Below are positions 29,431-38,946 of a stretch of DNA of 64,000 nt, piece by piece. Made by a program: the position numbers and the translations under genes. Below the pieces are notes generated by a model. It was not told the DNA's origin, searched no databases, and was given only the letters and a program-made list of their open reading frames with translations. Source of the stretch: a bacterium (lineage in GTDB: Bacteria > UBA8248). Position 1 is the first letter of the stretch, and every line of letters begins with the position of its first letter. Location: NCBI GenBank assembly GCA_965199855.1, contig OZ241326.1, forward strand, positions 1,536,001 through 1,600,000, written 5' to 3'.

Positions 29431-30203
29431 TGGAGAAGGCGCCTCTTCTGGAATGCCGCGGGCTCACGCGGTGCTTCGGCGGCGTGGTGGCGCTGGATTC
29501 TTTCGACCTGGATGCGCGCAGGGGCGAGGTGCTGGGACTCATCGGCCCGAACGGCGCCGGCAAGACGACGGCCTTCAACGTGGTGACGGGCCTGTTTCCG
29601 CCCACGTCGGGAAGCGTCCTGTTCGAGGGCGAGAGCATCGTCGGGCTGAAGCCGAGCGCGGTCGCGAGCCGGGGCGTCGCGCGCACCTTTCAGAACATCC
29701 GCGTATTCGGCGGCATGACGGCGCTGGAAAACGTTCTGGTCGGGCGGCATTCAAGGATGAGAGCGGGGCCCATCGGGGCGATCCTGCGCCTGCCCGCGAT
29801 GGTGGCGGAGGAGCGCGAGGCGGTTTCGGCGGCCATGGAGCTGCTGAGGTTCACGGGCATCGAAGCCTACGCCTCGGGCCTGGCGGAGACGCTCTCCTAC
29901 GGGGATCAAAGACGCCTGGAGATCGCGCGCGCCCTGGCGAGCGAACCCCGGCTTCTGCTGCTCGACGAGCCGGCGGCCGGCATGAATCCGCGCGAGAAGG
30001 CCGTCCTGAACGAGCTGATATTGTCGATTCGGGAGCGCGGCGTCACCGTTCTGCTGATCGAGCACGACATGAAGGTGGTGATGAGCATCTCCGACCGCGT
30101 GGTCGTGCTGGATCACGGCGAGAAGATAGCCGATGGAACCCCCGCCCGGGTGCGGCGGGACCCGAAGGTGCTCGAAGCCTATCTGGGGGCTTCCCATGCT
30201 TGA
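29430..30203 (+). CDS. livG: BCAA ABC transporter ATP-binding protein
   Basis: GPNGAGKTT, RTFQNIR, LSYGDQRRLEIARALA, LLDEPAAG, IEHDM. Confidence 0.95.
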   Translation: MEKAPLLECRGLTRCFGGVVALDSFDLDARRGEVLGLIGPNGAGKTTAFNVVTGLFPPTSGSVLFEGESIVGLKPSAVASRGVARTFQNIRVFGGMTALENVLVGRHSRMRAGPIGAILRLPAMVAEEREAVSAAMELLRFTGIEAYASGLAETLSYGDQRRLEIARALASEPRLLLLDEPAAGMNPREKAVLNELILSIRERGVTVLLIEHDMKVVMSISDRVVVLDHGEKIADGTPARVRRDPKVLEAYLGASHA

Positions 30204-30900
30204 GTTGCGCGACGTTCATTTCCATTACGGCCGCGTCCACGCGCTTCGGGGCGTATCCCTGGAAGTGCGCGCCGGGCAGGTCGCCTGCCTGATCGGCAGC
30301 AACGGGGCGGGCAAATCCTCCACGCTCATGGCGATCTGCGGCGTCAACGCCGCATCCGGCGGCGAGATACTGCTCGAGGGCGAGCGCATTCACGACCGGA
30401 ACGCGGACGAGATCGTGAGTCGCGGCATCTGCCAGGTCCCCGAGGGCAGGCGCATCTTCCCGCATCTCAGCGCGCTGGAGAATCTGGAGATGGGCGCTTT
30501 TCTGCGAAAAGACGCCGGCGGGGTGAGGGACGACCTCGCCTACGTCTATTCGCTGTTTCCCGTTCTTTATGAACGCCGCGCCCAGAAGGGCGGCACCCTC
30601 TCCGGTGGAGAGCAGCAGATGCTCGCCATCGGCCGCGCCCTGATGGCGCGACCCAGGCTTCTTCTGCTCGACGAACCCTCGCTCGGGCTGGCGCCCAGAA
30701 TCGTCGAAACGATTTTTGAGGTACTGGCGAGCGTTCGGGACGAGGGGACGGGCATTTTTCTCGTCGAGCAGAACGCGCACCTGGCGCTCAATTTCTCGGA
30801 TTGGGCGTATGTGATGGAAACGGGGAGAATCGTCATGGGCGACAGCCCCGACGTCCTGCGGAATTCGCCCGTCGTCCGGGAAGCCTATCTGGGCGAATAG
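30196..30900 (+). CDS. livF: BCAA ABC transporter ATP-binding protein
   Basis: GSNGAGKS, VPEGRRIF, LSGGEQQMLAIGRALM, DEPSLGLAP. Confidence 0.95.
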   Translation: MLELRDVHFHYGRVHALRGVSLEVRAGQVACLIGSNGAGKSSTLMAICGVNAASGGEILLEGERIHDRNADEIVSRGICQVPEGRRIFPHLSALENLEMGAFLRKDAGGVRDDLAYVYSLFPVLYERRAQKGGTLSGGEQQMLAIGRALMARPRLLLLDEPSLGLAPRIVETIFEVLASVRDEGTGIFLVEQNAHLALNFSDWAYVMETGRIVMGDSPDVLRNSPVVREAYLGE

Positions 30901-31027
30901 GAGGCTCTCGCCGCCGGGCGGACGCGGCGAAGCGCGCGAATCTCTCGCCTCCTTGCCCATCGCTCGGCCAGAGCCTACACTTCCAGGTCAAATCCCGTTC
31001 GCTCGCGCCATTTGGGGAGGAGCTTCG

Positions 31028-31642
31028 ATGCTGTATGAAATGCGCATTTACAGGCTGAAGGTGGGCGGCGTCGCCGAGTTCGAGGAGAATTTTTCCAAGG
31101 TCATCGCCAAGAGAACCGAGATGTCCCCGATGGTGGGGTTCTTTCACGCCGAGGTCGGGGATCTGAATCGCGTCATGCACATCTGGGCGTATGAGAATTC
31201 GGATCACCGCGCGGAGGTGCGGGCGAAGACGACGGCGCTGGACTGGTGGCCGCCCCCCAACGGGCATCTGATTCTGGATCAGGAAAGCAGGATTCTGACG
31301 ACCCCGCCGTTTCGGAAGGAGCCTCGCCAGGGGGCGCTGGGCGGCGTGTATGAATTCAGGACCTACGCCGTCCAGCCCGGGAAGATGAACGAAGTCGTCA
31401 GCCGGTGGAGCGAGCATATCGCGGCGAGAGAGGAACTCTCCCCGCTGGCGGCGTGCTTCATGACGGAGATGGGGCCGCTGAACCAATGGATTCACGTCTG
31501 GGCGTATGAGGACATGAACCACCGCGCCGAGATTCGCAAAAAAGCGCATGAACTGCCGAACTGGCCGCCGGGCTCGCGTCCGTTTCTGTCCAGGCAGAAG
31601 TCGGAGATTTGGGTTCCCGCTTCCTTCTCGCCCATGCGCTAG
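31028..31642 (+). CDS. NIPSNAP family protein (two domains)
   Basis: Duplicated YE(M/F)R.Y...PG / GxLN..xHxWAYE..xHRAE.R. Confidence 0.88.
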   Translation: MLYEMRIYRLKVGGVAEFEENFSKVIAKRTEMSPMVGFFHAEVGDLNRVMHIWAYENSDHRAEVRAKTTALDWWPPPNGHLILDQESRILTTPPFRKEPRQGALGGVYEFRTYAVQPGKMNEVVSRWSEHIAAREELSPLAACFMTEMGPLNQWIHVWAYEDMNHRAEIRKKAHELPNWPPGSRPFLSRQKSEIWVPASFSPMR

Positions 31643-31656
31643 GCGAGCCGCTCTCG

Positions 31657-32463
31657 CTACCCTTTCGCGAGCAGATAGACGAGGGAGAGCGCCCCCGCCC
31701 CCCAGCAGTAGAAGCGGAAGCGGGCGAGATTGCCGCCTCTCACGAGTTTGATGAGCCAGCCCAGGGCGGCGGCCCCCACGATGGCCGAGGCGGCCGCGCC
31801 GACCGCGTAGGACGGCAGGTTCGCGCCGAGGGCGCCTTCGAGGTCTTTCATCTTCAGCAGGAACGCGCCCGAAATCGCAGGGACGGAGAGCAGGAAGCTG
31901 AAGCGGGCGGCCTGTTCGCGCTCCACCCCGCGCATGAGCGCCGCGGCGATGGTCGCGCCCGAGCGCGAGATGCCCGGAATGACGGCGAACGCCTGGAACG
32001 CGCCGATGAACAGGGCGTCTTTCGGCGTCATTTCGGATTCTCCCCGGCCTGCGTCCTTTTTGGGCCGGGCGAAGCGCAGAATGCCTCCGGTGACGAGCAG
32101 CGCGCAGGCGGCGAGCTTCGGGGCGGCGAACATTTCTTCTATGAGGTCGCCAAGAAAAACGCCCGCGACTCCCGCCGGAATCGATCCCAGGATCAACAGC
32201 CATCCCGTTCGGGCCGCGCCGTCGCCGGAGCCCTTGCCGATCAGCGATGAAGCCCAGTCCCGCGCGACGCGCCACAGGTCTTTCCCGTAGAACGCCAGGA
32301 CGGCGGCGAGCGTGCCTACGTGGAGCAGGACGTCGAAAACCAGCCCGGGCTCCTTGAAGCCCAGAATGCTCTGCCCGAGAACGAGGTGCCCCGAACTGCT
32401 GACCGGCAGGAATTCGGTGAGTCCCTGCAGGACGCCCAGGGCGAGGGCGTGTTCCCAAAGCAT
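31657..32463 (-). CDS. uppP: undecaprenyl-diphosphatase
   Basis: LGVLQGLTEFLPVSSSGHL, HVGT, PGISRSGATI, FSFLLSVPA. Confidence 0.96.
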   Translation of the reverse strand: MLWEHALALGVLQGLTEFLPVSSSGHLVLGQSILGFKEPGLVFDVLLHVGTLAAVLAFYGKDLWRVARDWASSLIGKGSGDGAARTGWLLILGSIPAGVAGVFLGDLIEEMFAAPKLAACALLVTGGILRFARPKKDAGRGESEMTPKDALFIGAFQAFAVIPGISRSGATIAAALMRGVEREQAARFSFLLSVPAISGAFLLKMKDLEGALGANLPSYAVGAAASAIVGAAALGWLIKLVRGGNLARFRFYCWGAGALSLVYLLAKG

Positions 32464-32486
32464 ATAGACGCTTCCCGTGGACGGTT

Positions 32487-33596
32487 TTAGAGAAATTTGG
32501 CCTGGTTCAGGCTTTTGACCATCTCGCCGATGCGCTGCGCGTTCTCGCTCGAGCAGACGAGGAGCGCGTCTTCCGTCTCGACGAGGATGATGTCCTCTAC
32601 GCCTATGGCGGCGACGAGCCGCTTGTTCGAGCGCACGATGAGGTTTCGGGAGTCGATGGACTTCGTCTTCGCGCCTCCGGGCAGCATCCAGAGGCTACCG
32701 TCCTCATCGCGCGGCAGAACGTCCCGCAGGGCGGGCCAGGCGCCCAGATCGCTCCAGCCGACGTCGGCCGGCAAAACGATGAGGCCCCGCGCCTTTTCCA
32801 TCACCGCGCGATCCACGCTGATGGATTCGCAGCGCCTGAAGAATCCGGCGAAGGAAGCGGCGTCCCGTTTCCGGTATGCGGACGCCGCCCGGCGCAGCGG
32901 CGCGCTCATCTGGGGCCGGCGTGCGCGGAGTTCGTCGATCATGCGGGCCGCTTTCAGGATGAAGACGCCGCCGTTCCAGTAGTATTTTCCCGAGGCCATA
33001 TACCTTCGGGCCTGGGAGAGCGAGGGCTTTTCCCTGAACCGCTTCACGCTGAACGCCTCGATTCCTCCCGGGAGCGCGAGGCGGCGGCCGCGCTCGATGT
33101 AGCCGAAGCCGGTTTCAGGCGAGCGGGGCGGCAGCCCCAGGGTGATGATGGCGCCGCGCTCCTCCGCCAGCGCGGCACCCGCCTTGATGAGCCTGCGAAA
33201 CGCCCCCGGCCTGGCGATGAAATGATCCGCGGGAAGGGCGCACATCAGCGCGCCCGGCGCCCGGGATTCGATGAGATGGGCCGCCAGTCCCAGGCACGGC
33301 GCCGTGTTTCTCGCCTCCGGCTCATGGACGACGTTGCTTTTGGGCACGCCGAGGCTTCTCAGGAGTTTCCCGTGCGCCGCGGAGGCCATGACGAGCGTCC
33401 GCTCGGGCGGGACGAGGCCCTTCAGCCGCCGCAGCGTGAGTTCGAGCAGGGACGGCCCGGGGGCTTTCGAGGGAGCGCCTCCGCCGGGGGGCAGAAACTG
33501 CTTGGGCCTCGATTTTCTGCTCACGGGCCAGAAGCGCGTTCCCGAGCCTCCGGCCATGATGACCGCCCAAAGGGGGCCGCCGCCGCGTCCGGCCAC
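32487..33596 (-). CDS. manC: mannose-1-phosphate guanylyltransferase (no cupin domain)
   Basis: AVIMAGGSGTRFWPVSR..PKQF, EPEARNTAP, PADH, PETGFGYI, FREKP, WNGG, SVD.AVME, GWSDLG.W. Confidence 0.92.
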   Translation of the reverse strand: MAGRGGGPLWAVIMAGGSGTRFWPVSRKSRPKQFLPPGGGAPSKAPGPSLLELTLRRLKGLVPPERTLVMASAAHGKLLRSLGVPKSNVVHEPEARNTAPCLGLAAHLIESRAPGALMCALPADHFIARPGAFRRLIKAGAALAEERGAIITLGLPPRSPETGFGYIERGRRLALPGGIEAFSVKRFREKPSLSQARRYMASGKYYWNGGVFILKAARMIDELRARRPQMSAPLRRAASAYRKRDAASFAGFFRRCESISVDRAVMEKARGLIVLPADVGWSDLGAWPALRDVLPRDEDGSLWMLPGGAKTKSIDSRNLIVRSNKRLVAAIGVEDIILVETEDALLVCSSENAQRIGEMVKSLNQAKFL

Positions 33597-34180
33597 TAGA
33601 AGATTCCCTTGAAGAGGAGGAAGCCGCCAAGTAGCAGCACGATAAACGCGATGGTCAGCAAATTGAAGCGGCGTTCGACAAAGCCTCGGATGGACGGGCC
33701 GAAGTGGTGGATGAGCGCCGCCTCGAGGAAAAAGCGCGCCGAGCGGCTCAGGATGGACGCGATGAGAAAAACGGCAAAGTCGATGCGGAACGCGCCCGCC
33801 GAAATGGTGAACACCTTGTAGGGAATCGGCGTGAAGCCGGCGATGCCGACCGCCCAGGCGTCGTAGGCGCGGTAGTATTCCTGGACGAGTCGGTATTTCT
33901 CGCCGACGCCGTAGAAGGCGATGATCGCGTCGCCGACGCTCTGGATGAGGTAGAGGCCGATGAGGTAGCCCAACACGCCTCCCAGGACGGAAGCCGCCGA
34001 GCACACCGCGGCGTAGAAAAACGCCTTGCGCGGCCTGGAGAGGGACAGGGCGAGAAGAAGAGGGTCCGGCGGTATGGGGAAGAAGATGGACTCGGCGGCC
34101 GAAACGACGGCGAGAGCGGGCGCGGCGCGGCGGGAGTCCGCCCAGGTCAACGCCCGGTCGTAGAGCGCGCGGAGGCTCAG
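33596..34180 (-). CDS. YqaA/DedA (VTT domain) membrane protein
   Basis: AESIFFPIPPD, SVLGG.LGY.IG, AGFTPIPYKVFTISAG, SRSARFF; conserved LRALYD lies upstream of the first TTG, so the start is uncertain. Confidence 0.88.
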   Translation of the reverse strand: MSLRALYDRALTWADSRRAAPALAVVSAAESIFFPIPPDPLLLALSLSRPRKAFFYAAVCSAASVLGGVLGYLIGLYLIQSVGDAIIAFYGVGEKYRLVQEYYRAYDAWAVGIAGFTPIPYKVFTISAGAFRIDFAVFLIASILSRSARFFLEAALIHHFGPSIRGFVERRFNLLTIAFIVLLLGGFLLFKGIF

Positions 34181-35556
34181 GCGTCTGGCAGGGAGACGGC
34201 GGGATATTTTCTGATCTCCTCATATACTTCGCGCTGATACGCCTCCAGGGAGGGTTCATCGAGCGCCTCGAAGCGCATGACGAGCGCGGGCTGCGTGTTC
34301 GAGGCGCGGATGAGGCCCCAGCCCCTCTCGAAGTTGACGCGGGCGCCGTCCACCTCGATGGTTTCGTATCGGCTCCTGAAATGATTCTTGAGCCGCTCGA
34401 CGATTCCGAATTTCTCCTCATCCGGACAATCGACCCTGATCTCGGGCGTGGAGACCGAAGCGGGGATTTTCGAGGCGCGCTCGGCGAGCGTTTCCCCGGA
34501 GGCGCCCAGCAGGTGCAGAAGCCTGGCCGAGGCGTAGATGGCGTCGTCGTAGCCCAGATAGCCGTCCACGAAAAAGATGTGGCCGGAGAGCTCGCCGCCC
34601 AGAGGGGCTTTCTCCTCCGCTATCTTGGCGCGGACGAGCGAGTGGCCCGTGGCGCTCATCACCGGACGCCCGCCCATTCGCTTCACGGCGTCGGCCAGGC
34701 GCGATGAGCACTTCACGTCGAAGACGATGGCCTCTCCCGGGCTGCGCGCCAGAATGGGCGCCGAGAGGAGGATGAGCAGCTCGTCTCCCCAGATGATTCT
34801 GCCGCTTGCGTCCACCGCGCCGATGCGATCCCCGTCGCCGTCCAGGCCGATTCCCGCCTCCGCGCCCGTCTGGCGGACTTTCTCTATGAGGGATTCCAGG
34901 TTTTCGGGGACGGTGGGATCGGGATGGTGATTCGGATAGGAGGCGTCGGGCTCGGTGAACAGCTCCACCACCTCGGCTCCGATGCCCCGCAATACCCGGG
35001 ACGCCACCGCGCCGCCGACGCCGTTTCCCGCGTCCAGAACCACCTTGACGGGCCTCGCGAGCGTCAGGCCCCTTGAGGCGCGCTCGACGTATGCGGGTCG
35101 GACGTCGATTTCATCGAACGCGCCCGGAGCTTCGGCCCGGTGAATCCGCCCCTCTTCGATGATTTTTCTGATCTCCTGGATTTCCTCGCCGTGAATCGCC
35201 TCGCGGCCGCGGGTGATCTTGAAGCCGTTGAATTCCGGCGGGTTGTGGGAGCCGGTGATTTGCACCGCCCCCGCCACGTCGAGGTGGTGCGCGGCGAAGG
35301 AAACCACCGGGGTGGGCGCCATACCGACGCCGATGACGCCGCAGCCCGAGGCGGCGAGGCCCTTCCGGAGAGAATCGTAGAAGGCGGGCGAGGAGAAGCG
35401 GTTGTCGCGCCCGATGGCGACGGCGGCTCCCCGCGCGCCGCCCAGGCGCGTCCCGATGGCGCCTCCGATGGCTTCTACGACCTCGGGGGTGAGATCGACG
35501 CCCGCCACGCCCCGGATGTCGTATTCCCTGAAAATCAGAGGGTTGATGCCCGCCAT
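34177..35556 (-). CDS. algC: phosphomannomutase/phosphoglucomutase
   Basis: IFREYDIRG, TGSHNPPEFNG, PNHHPDP, DGDGDR, GELSGH, RASNT. Confidence 0.93.
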   Translation of the reverse strand: MAGINPLIFREYDIRGVAGVDLTPEVVEAIGGAIGTRLGGARGAAVAIGRDNRFSSPAFYDSLRKGLAASGCGVIGVGMAPTPVVSFAAHHLDVAGAVQITGSHNPPEFNGFKITRGREAIHGEEIQEIRKIIEEGRIHRAEAPGAFDEIDVRPAYVERASRGLTLARPVKVVLDAGNGVGGAVASRVLRGIGAEVVELFTEPDASYPNHHPDPTVPENLESLIEKVRQTGAEAGIGLDGDGDRIGAVDASGRIIWGDELLILLSAPILARSPGEAIVFDVKCSSRLADAVKRMGGRPVMSATGHSLVRAKIAEEKAPLGGELSGHIFFVDGYLGYDDAIYASARLLHLLGASGETLAERASKIPASVSTPEIRVDCPDEEKFGIVERLKNHFRSRYETIEVDGARVNFERGWGLIRASNTQPALVMRFEALDEPSLEAYQREVYEEIRKYPAVSLPDA

Positions 35557-35654
35557 GCGAAACTCCCCTCCCGGGCGCTCGCGCGCTTTCCCGAAGCGGG
35601 CGGATTATTGCACCCCCTGATCCGGCGGGCAACCTTGTTTTTCCATCCCGCTTT

Positions 35655-35683
35655 GTGCTTTCTCCGTTGCGAAGGGGTATAAT
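35655..35683 (+). promoter_or_regulatory. promoter for the plsC-dciA-ispE cluster
   Basis: Perfect TATAAT at 35678-35683 in a divergent intergenic region. Confidence 0.55.
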
Positions 35684-35795
35684 CGGCCGCCGCCCGTTCG
35701 CGCGCCATGGCGCTTGAGATCTTCCGGGTGGTCTGGCCGTTGCGCGTCGTCGGGCTCATGGGTTCTTCACTCATGGGCGAGGGGAGGCTTTCGGG

Positions 35796-36494
35796 TTGAT
35801 CGTCGGGACGGGGCCATGGAGCGAGCGGCTGATGATACGGCTCGGCCTCCGCTTCGTGAGCCTTCTGGTGCGCGCGTTCACGCGCCCCAGAATCATCGGG
35901 CTGGAGAACATTCCGCCGGGCGGAGGGGTGCTTTTTCTGAGCAATCACATATCCGCCCTGGACGTTCTGGTGGTGCCCTGGGTCATTTATTCCCGATATC
36001 CGAAAGATCTGATTCGCCAGGCGGGAAAGGAGGAGCTTTTTGAAATTCCGGTCGTGGGCTGGATACTGCGCAAATGGCGGGGCTTTCCCATCAAGCGGGG
36101 CGGGGCGGACAGAAAGTCCATACGGATGATTGAGGAATACATCCGGGAGGGAAAAGTCATACTCTACCCGGAGGGGACGCGAAGCCGGGACGGGCGCATC
36201 GGCCGGGGGAACCGGATGGTGGGCCGAATCGTGAGAAACACCGCGCCTGCGGTCGTCCCCGTCGCCCTGAAGGGGACCGACCGCGTGATTCCGGTGGGAA
36301 AAACCATGCCTCGCCGGGGAGCGCGAATTGAAATAAGATTCGGCGCGCCGATGGATTTCAGGGATGAGTGCGCCATGGACGACGCGAAAGAGGCCAGCCA
36401 GAGGATTATCGACCGCGTGATGGGGGAGATATCCGCGCTTCACGACGGCGGCGGACGCGCCGAGAACGCCGAAAAGAGGGGCGTCCGAGGTTGA
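35796..36494 (+). CDS. plsC: 1-acyl-sn-glycerol-3-phosphate acyltransferase
   Basis: SNHISALD (HX4D), KEELF, FPIKRG, YPEGTRS. Confidence 0.88.
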   Translation: MIVGTGPWSERLMIRLGLRFVSLLVRAFTRPRIIGLENIPPGGGVLFLSNHISALDVLVVPWVIYSRYPKDLIRQAGKEELFEIPVVGWILRKWRGFPIKRGGADRKSIRMIEEYIREGKVILYPEGTRSRDGRIGRGNRMVGRIVRNTAPAVVPVALKGTDRVIPVGKTMPRRGARIEIRFGAPMDFRDECAMDDAKEASQRIIDRVMGEISALHDGGGRAENAEKRGVRG

Positions 36495-36985
36495 GCGGGC
36501 GTTATTATTCCAAGCCCCGGGCGTTTTCGTCCATTCTGAGGGAGTTGCGCGCGAAGGAGCCGTGGGGCGGGCGGCTGGCGAGGAACTTCGTGTTTCGCGT
36601 CTGGCCGAAGGCGATGGGCCGGGGCATCGCCAGGGCGGCGCGGCCGGTGTCTCTCAAAAACGACTGCCTGCACGTGGAAGTCGGGGATTCGAGCTGGCTG
36701 TATGAGCTCGAGCTTCGGAAGCGGGAGCTGCTCGCGCGAATCAACGAGCATCTCGATGGCTCCCGCATCGGGGACATTCGCTTCAAACTGTCGAACGCGG
36801 GACTTTCGTTTGGCGATGACGAAGGGGCGGACGAGCCGGCGGCGTTTTCGAGAAAGGCGACGCCCGTCGCCTCCCGCGATGACGCCGCGATCGAGAGCGC
36901 CATCGCCGACGTGGGGGACGAGCAGCTGCGGCGCGCCGCGGAGAAACTCATTCGTCATATCCGGAGCCATGAGAACCCCTTGTGA
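36491..36985 (+). CDS. dciA: DUF721/DciA helicase loader family protein
   Basis: W.KAMG..IA..ARP..L...L.V...SSW..EL......L..IN......I.DIRF pattern; TTGA overlap with plsC. Confidence 0.75.
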   Translation: MSGRYYSKPRAFSSILRELRAKEPWGGRLARNFVFRVWPKAMGRGIARAARPVSLKNDCLHVEVGDSSWLYELELRKRELLARINEHLDGSRIGDIRFKLSNAGLSFGDDEGADEPAAFSRKATPVASRDDAAIESAIADVGDEQLRRAAEKLIRHIRSHENPL

Positions 36986-37019
36986 CAGGCATGAGAAATT
37001 GCCGGGAAAATCGCATCCG

Positions 37020-38750
37020 ATGATGAAATTCTGCGGCTGTCTGATGCTGTCCCTCGCCCTGGTTTTGCCGGGATGCGCGGCGCGGGAGCCGAGGGCGACG
37101 CTCGCGCCCGCGCTCAGGCTCCGGGCGCTTCCGCCCAGGGTGAAGGGAACGGCGAAATCCTATTTTCATTTCATCGCCGGCTATCGGGAGGAACTGGATG
37201 GCAACCTGAAAGAGGCGGGTTCGTCCTATTCCGAGGCGGTGAAGAACAACCCCGAATCCTCTTTTCTGGCGACTCGTCTGGCGTCGCTTCTCGTTCGACG
37301 GGGGAAACTGGCCGAAGCCGAGGAATTCGCGCTCAAGGCGACGGAGCGCGACGCCCTGAACCTGGAGGCCCACTTCGTTCTGGGGGGCATATACGCTTCC
37401 CGCATGAAGCTCGACAAGGCCGTCGCCGTTTACCGGAAATTGCTGAAAGCGAGCCCCGAACACCACGAGACGCGCCTGCTTCTGGGCGCCGCCTATCTCG
37501 AATTGGGCAGATACGCCGAGGCGGCCGAGACGTTCGAGACGCTCCTCCGGTCGGGCAGGAGAGCCGCGCTCGCCCGGTATTATCTGGCGCAGGCCTACGC
37601 CGGCCTGAAGAGATACGCGGAGGCGGAGAGGGAAATTGTCCGGCTCCTCGAGAGGCGGCCGGGATATGCGCGGGGGATGCTCCTGCTCGCCAGGATTTAT
37701 GAGGCGCAGGAGAAGTTCGACGAGGCGGAGGCCGTCTATAAAAAAGCGCAGAGAATCGAACCCGCCAACCGGATCATCCGCGCCCGCCTGGGGCAGCTTT
37801 ACATCCGCAAGAAGAAACTGAAGCGCGCTTTGGCGGAGTTCAAGACCCTCGGCGCGGAGGATCCCGAGAACGTGAGCGTCCACCGGACCCTGGGCTTTTT
37901 GAGCTTCGAGCAAAGAGAGTTCCAGGACGCGCTTCGGGAATTCCGATTCGTTCTGGGCAGAAACCCGAAGGACGAGATGGTTCGCCGGTATGTCGCGGCG
38001 ATTTATCAGGAACTGAAGCAGTATGCGCGCGCCGAAGAAGAGCTGATCGAGCTGCTGAAGCTGCTGCCCGGGTCGCTGGACGGGCGCATCCAGCTCGCGC
38101 GCCTGTACGCCGGGCAGGAAAAATGGAAGAAGGCGGACGCGGTTCTCGACGCGGCCGAAAAGCGTCACCCCGAAAAGGATCGCCCGCCCTACGCGCGCGG
38201 TCTACTCCTCGCCAGACAAAAGAAGTTCGCCGAGGCGCTGCCGCATTTTCAAAGGGCGGTGAAGCTGAAGCCCGGCCAGGCGGATTATCTCTATTCCCTC
38301 GCCACGACGTTCTACGAGCTCAAGCGATGGGACGAGGTGGAGGCGGCGGCGAGGAGAATCATTCAGAAGAGCCCGAAGCACGCGAACGCCCTGAACCTGC
38401 TGGGCTACATGTTCTCCGAACTCGACAGGAACCTCGACGAGGCGGAGAAGCTGCTGGATCGCGCCCTGGCGATTGAGCCCGAGAACGCCGCCTTTCTCGA
38501 CAGCATCGGGTGGATTTACTATCGCCAGGGCCGCTTCGGGGAGGCGCTCGCCAAGGTGCGGCACGCGGCGGCGAAGATGCCGAAGGACGCCGTTATCCTC
38601 GAACACCTGGGCGACATCTATCTCGCCCTGCATGACGTCGAAAAGGCGCTGCTGCATTGGAGGCGCGCCTCCGAGGCCGACCCCGAAAACGAAAAACTGA
38701 AGAAAAAAATTCAGAATCATCTTCAAGGGGAGAAAAAGCCGCTCATGTGA
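37020..38750 (+). CDS. TPR-repeat lipoprotein
   Basis: Lipobox-like LPGC, many TPRs, ALNLLGY..., AFLDSIGWIYYRQG, ILEHLGDIY. Confidence 0.88.
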   Translation: MMKFCGCLMLSLALVLPGCAAREPRATLAPALRLRALPPRVKGTAKSYFHFIAGYREELDGNLKEAGSSYSEAVKNNPESSFLATRLASLLVRRGKLAEAEEFALKATERDALNLEAHFVLGGIYASRMKLDKAVAVYRKLLKASPEHHETRLLLGAAYLELGRYAEAAETFETLLRSGRRAALARYYLAQAYAGLKRYAEAEREIVRLLERRPGYARGMLLLARIYEAQEKFDEAEAVYKKAQRIEPANRIIRARLGQLYIRKKKLKRALAEFKTLGAEDPENVSVHRTLGFLSFEQREFQDALREFRFVLGRNPKDEMVRRYVAAIYQELKQYARAEEELIELLKLLPGSLDGRIQLARLYAGQEKWKKADAVLDAAEKRHPEKDRPPYARGLLLARQKKFAEALPHFQRAVKLKPGQADYLYSLATTFYELKRWDEVEAAARRIIQKSPKHANALNLLGYMFSELDRNLDEAEKLLDRALAIEPENAAFLDSIGWIYYRQGRFGEALAKVRHAAAKMPKDAVILEHLGDIYLALHDVEKALLHWRRASEADPENEKLKKKIQNHLQGEKKPLM

Positions 38751-38829
38751 GAATGTCCGGCTTCTTGAATCGCCTGGCCGCGCCCGCCGTTTTCTTTCCT
38801 GATTCCCCTCCCTCGAAGGGCCTCCGTTG

Positions 38830-38946
38830 GTGACGACATACTTGACGCGCGTTGGTGGATTCGCCGCTTTTCCTCGTCATCGGGGGGCGAACCGCAGACC
38901 GGGGCCGACGGGAAAACGCCGGATTCCGGCTTCCGCCGGAATGGCG
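38830..38946. repeat. copy of the dispersed MITE/REP-like element
   Basis: 38830-38880 is 41/51 identical (ungapped, by eye) to the reverse complement of 11762-11812; GGATTCCGGCTTCCGCCGGAATGGCG at 38921-38946 resembles 3126-3152. Confidence 0.8.

Noticed and set aside
32487-34421. 644-aa ORF suggesting a fusion upstream of manC (likewise the extended argF, argD, xerC and tkt ORFs)
   Set aside because: The N-terminal extensions are off-frame readings of the preceding genes; conserved domains begin at the downstream starts given
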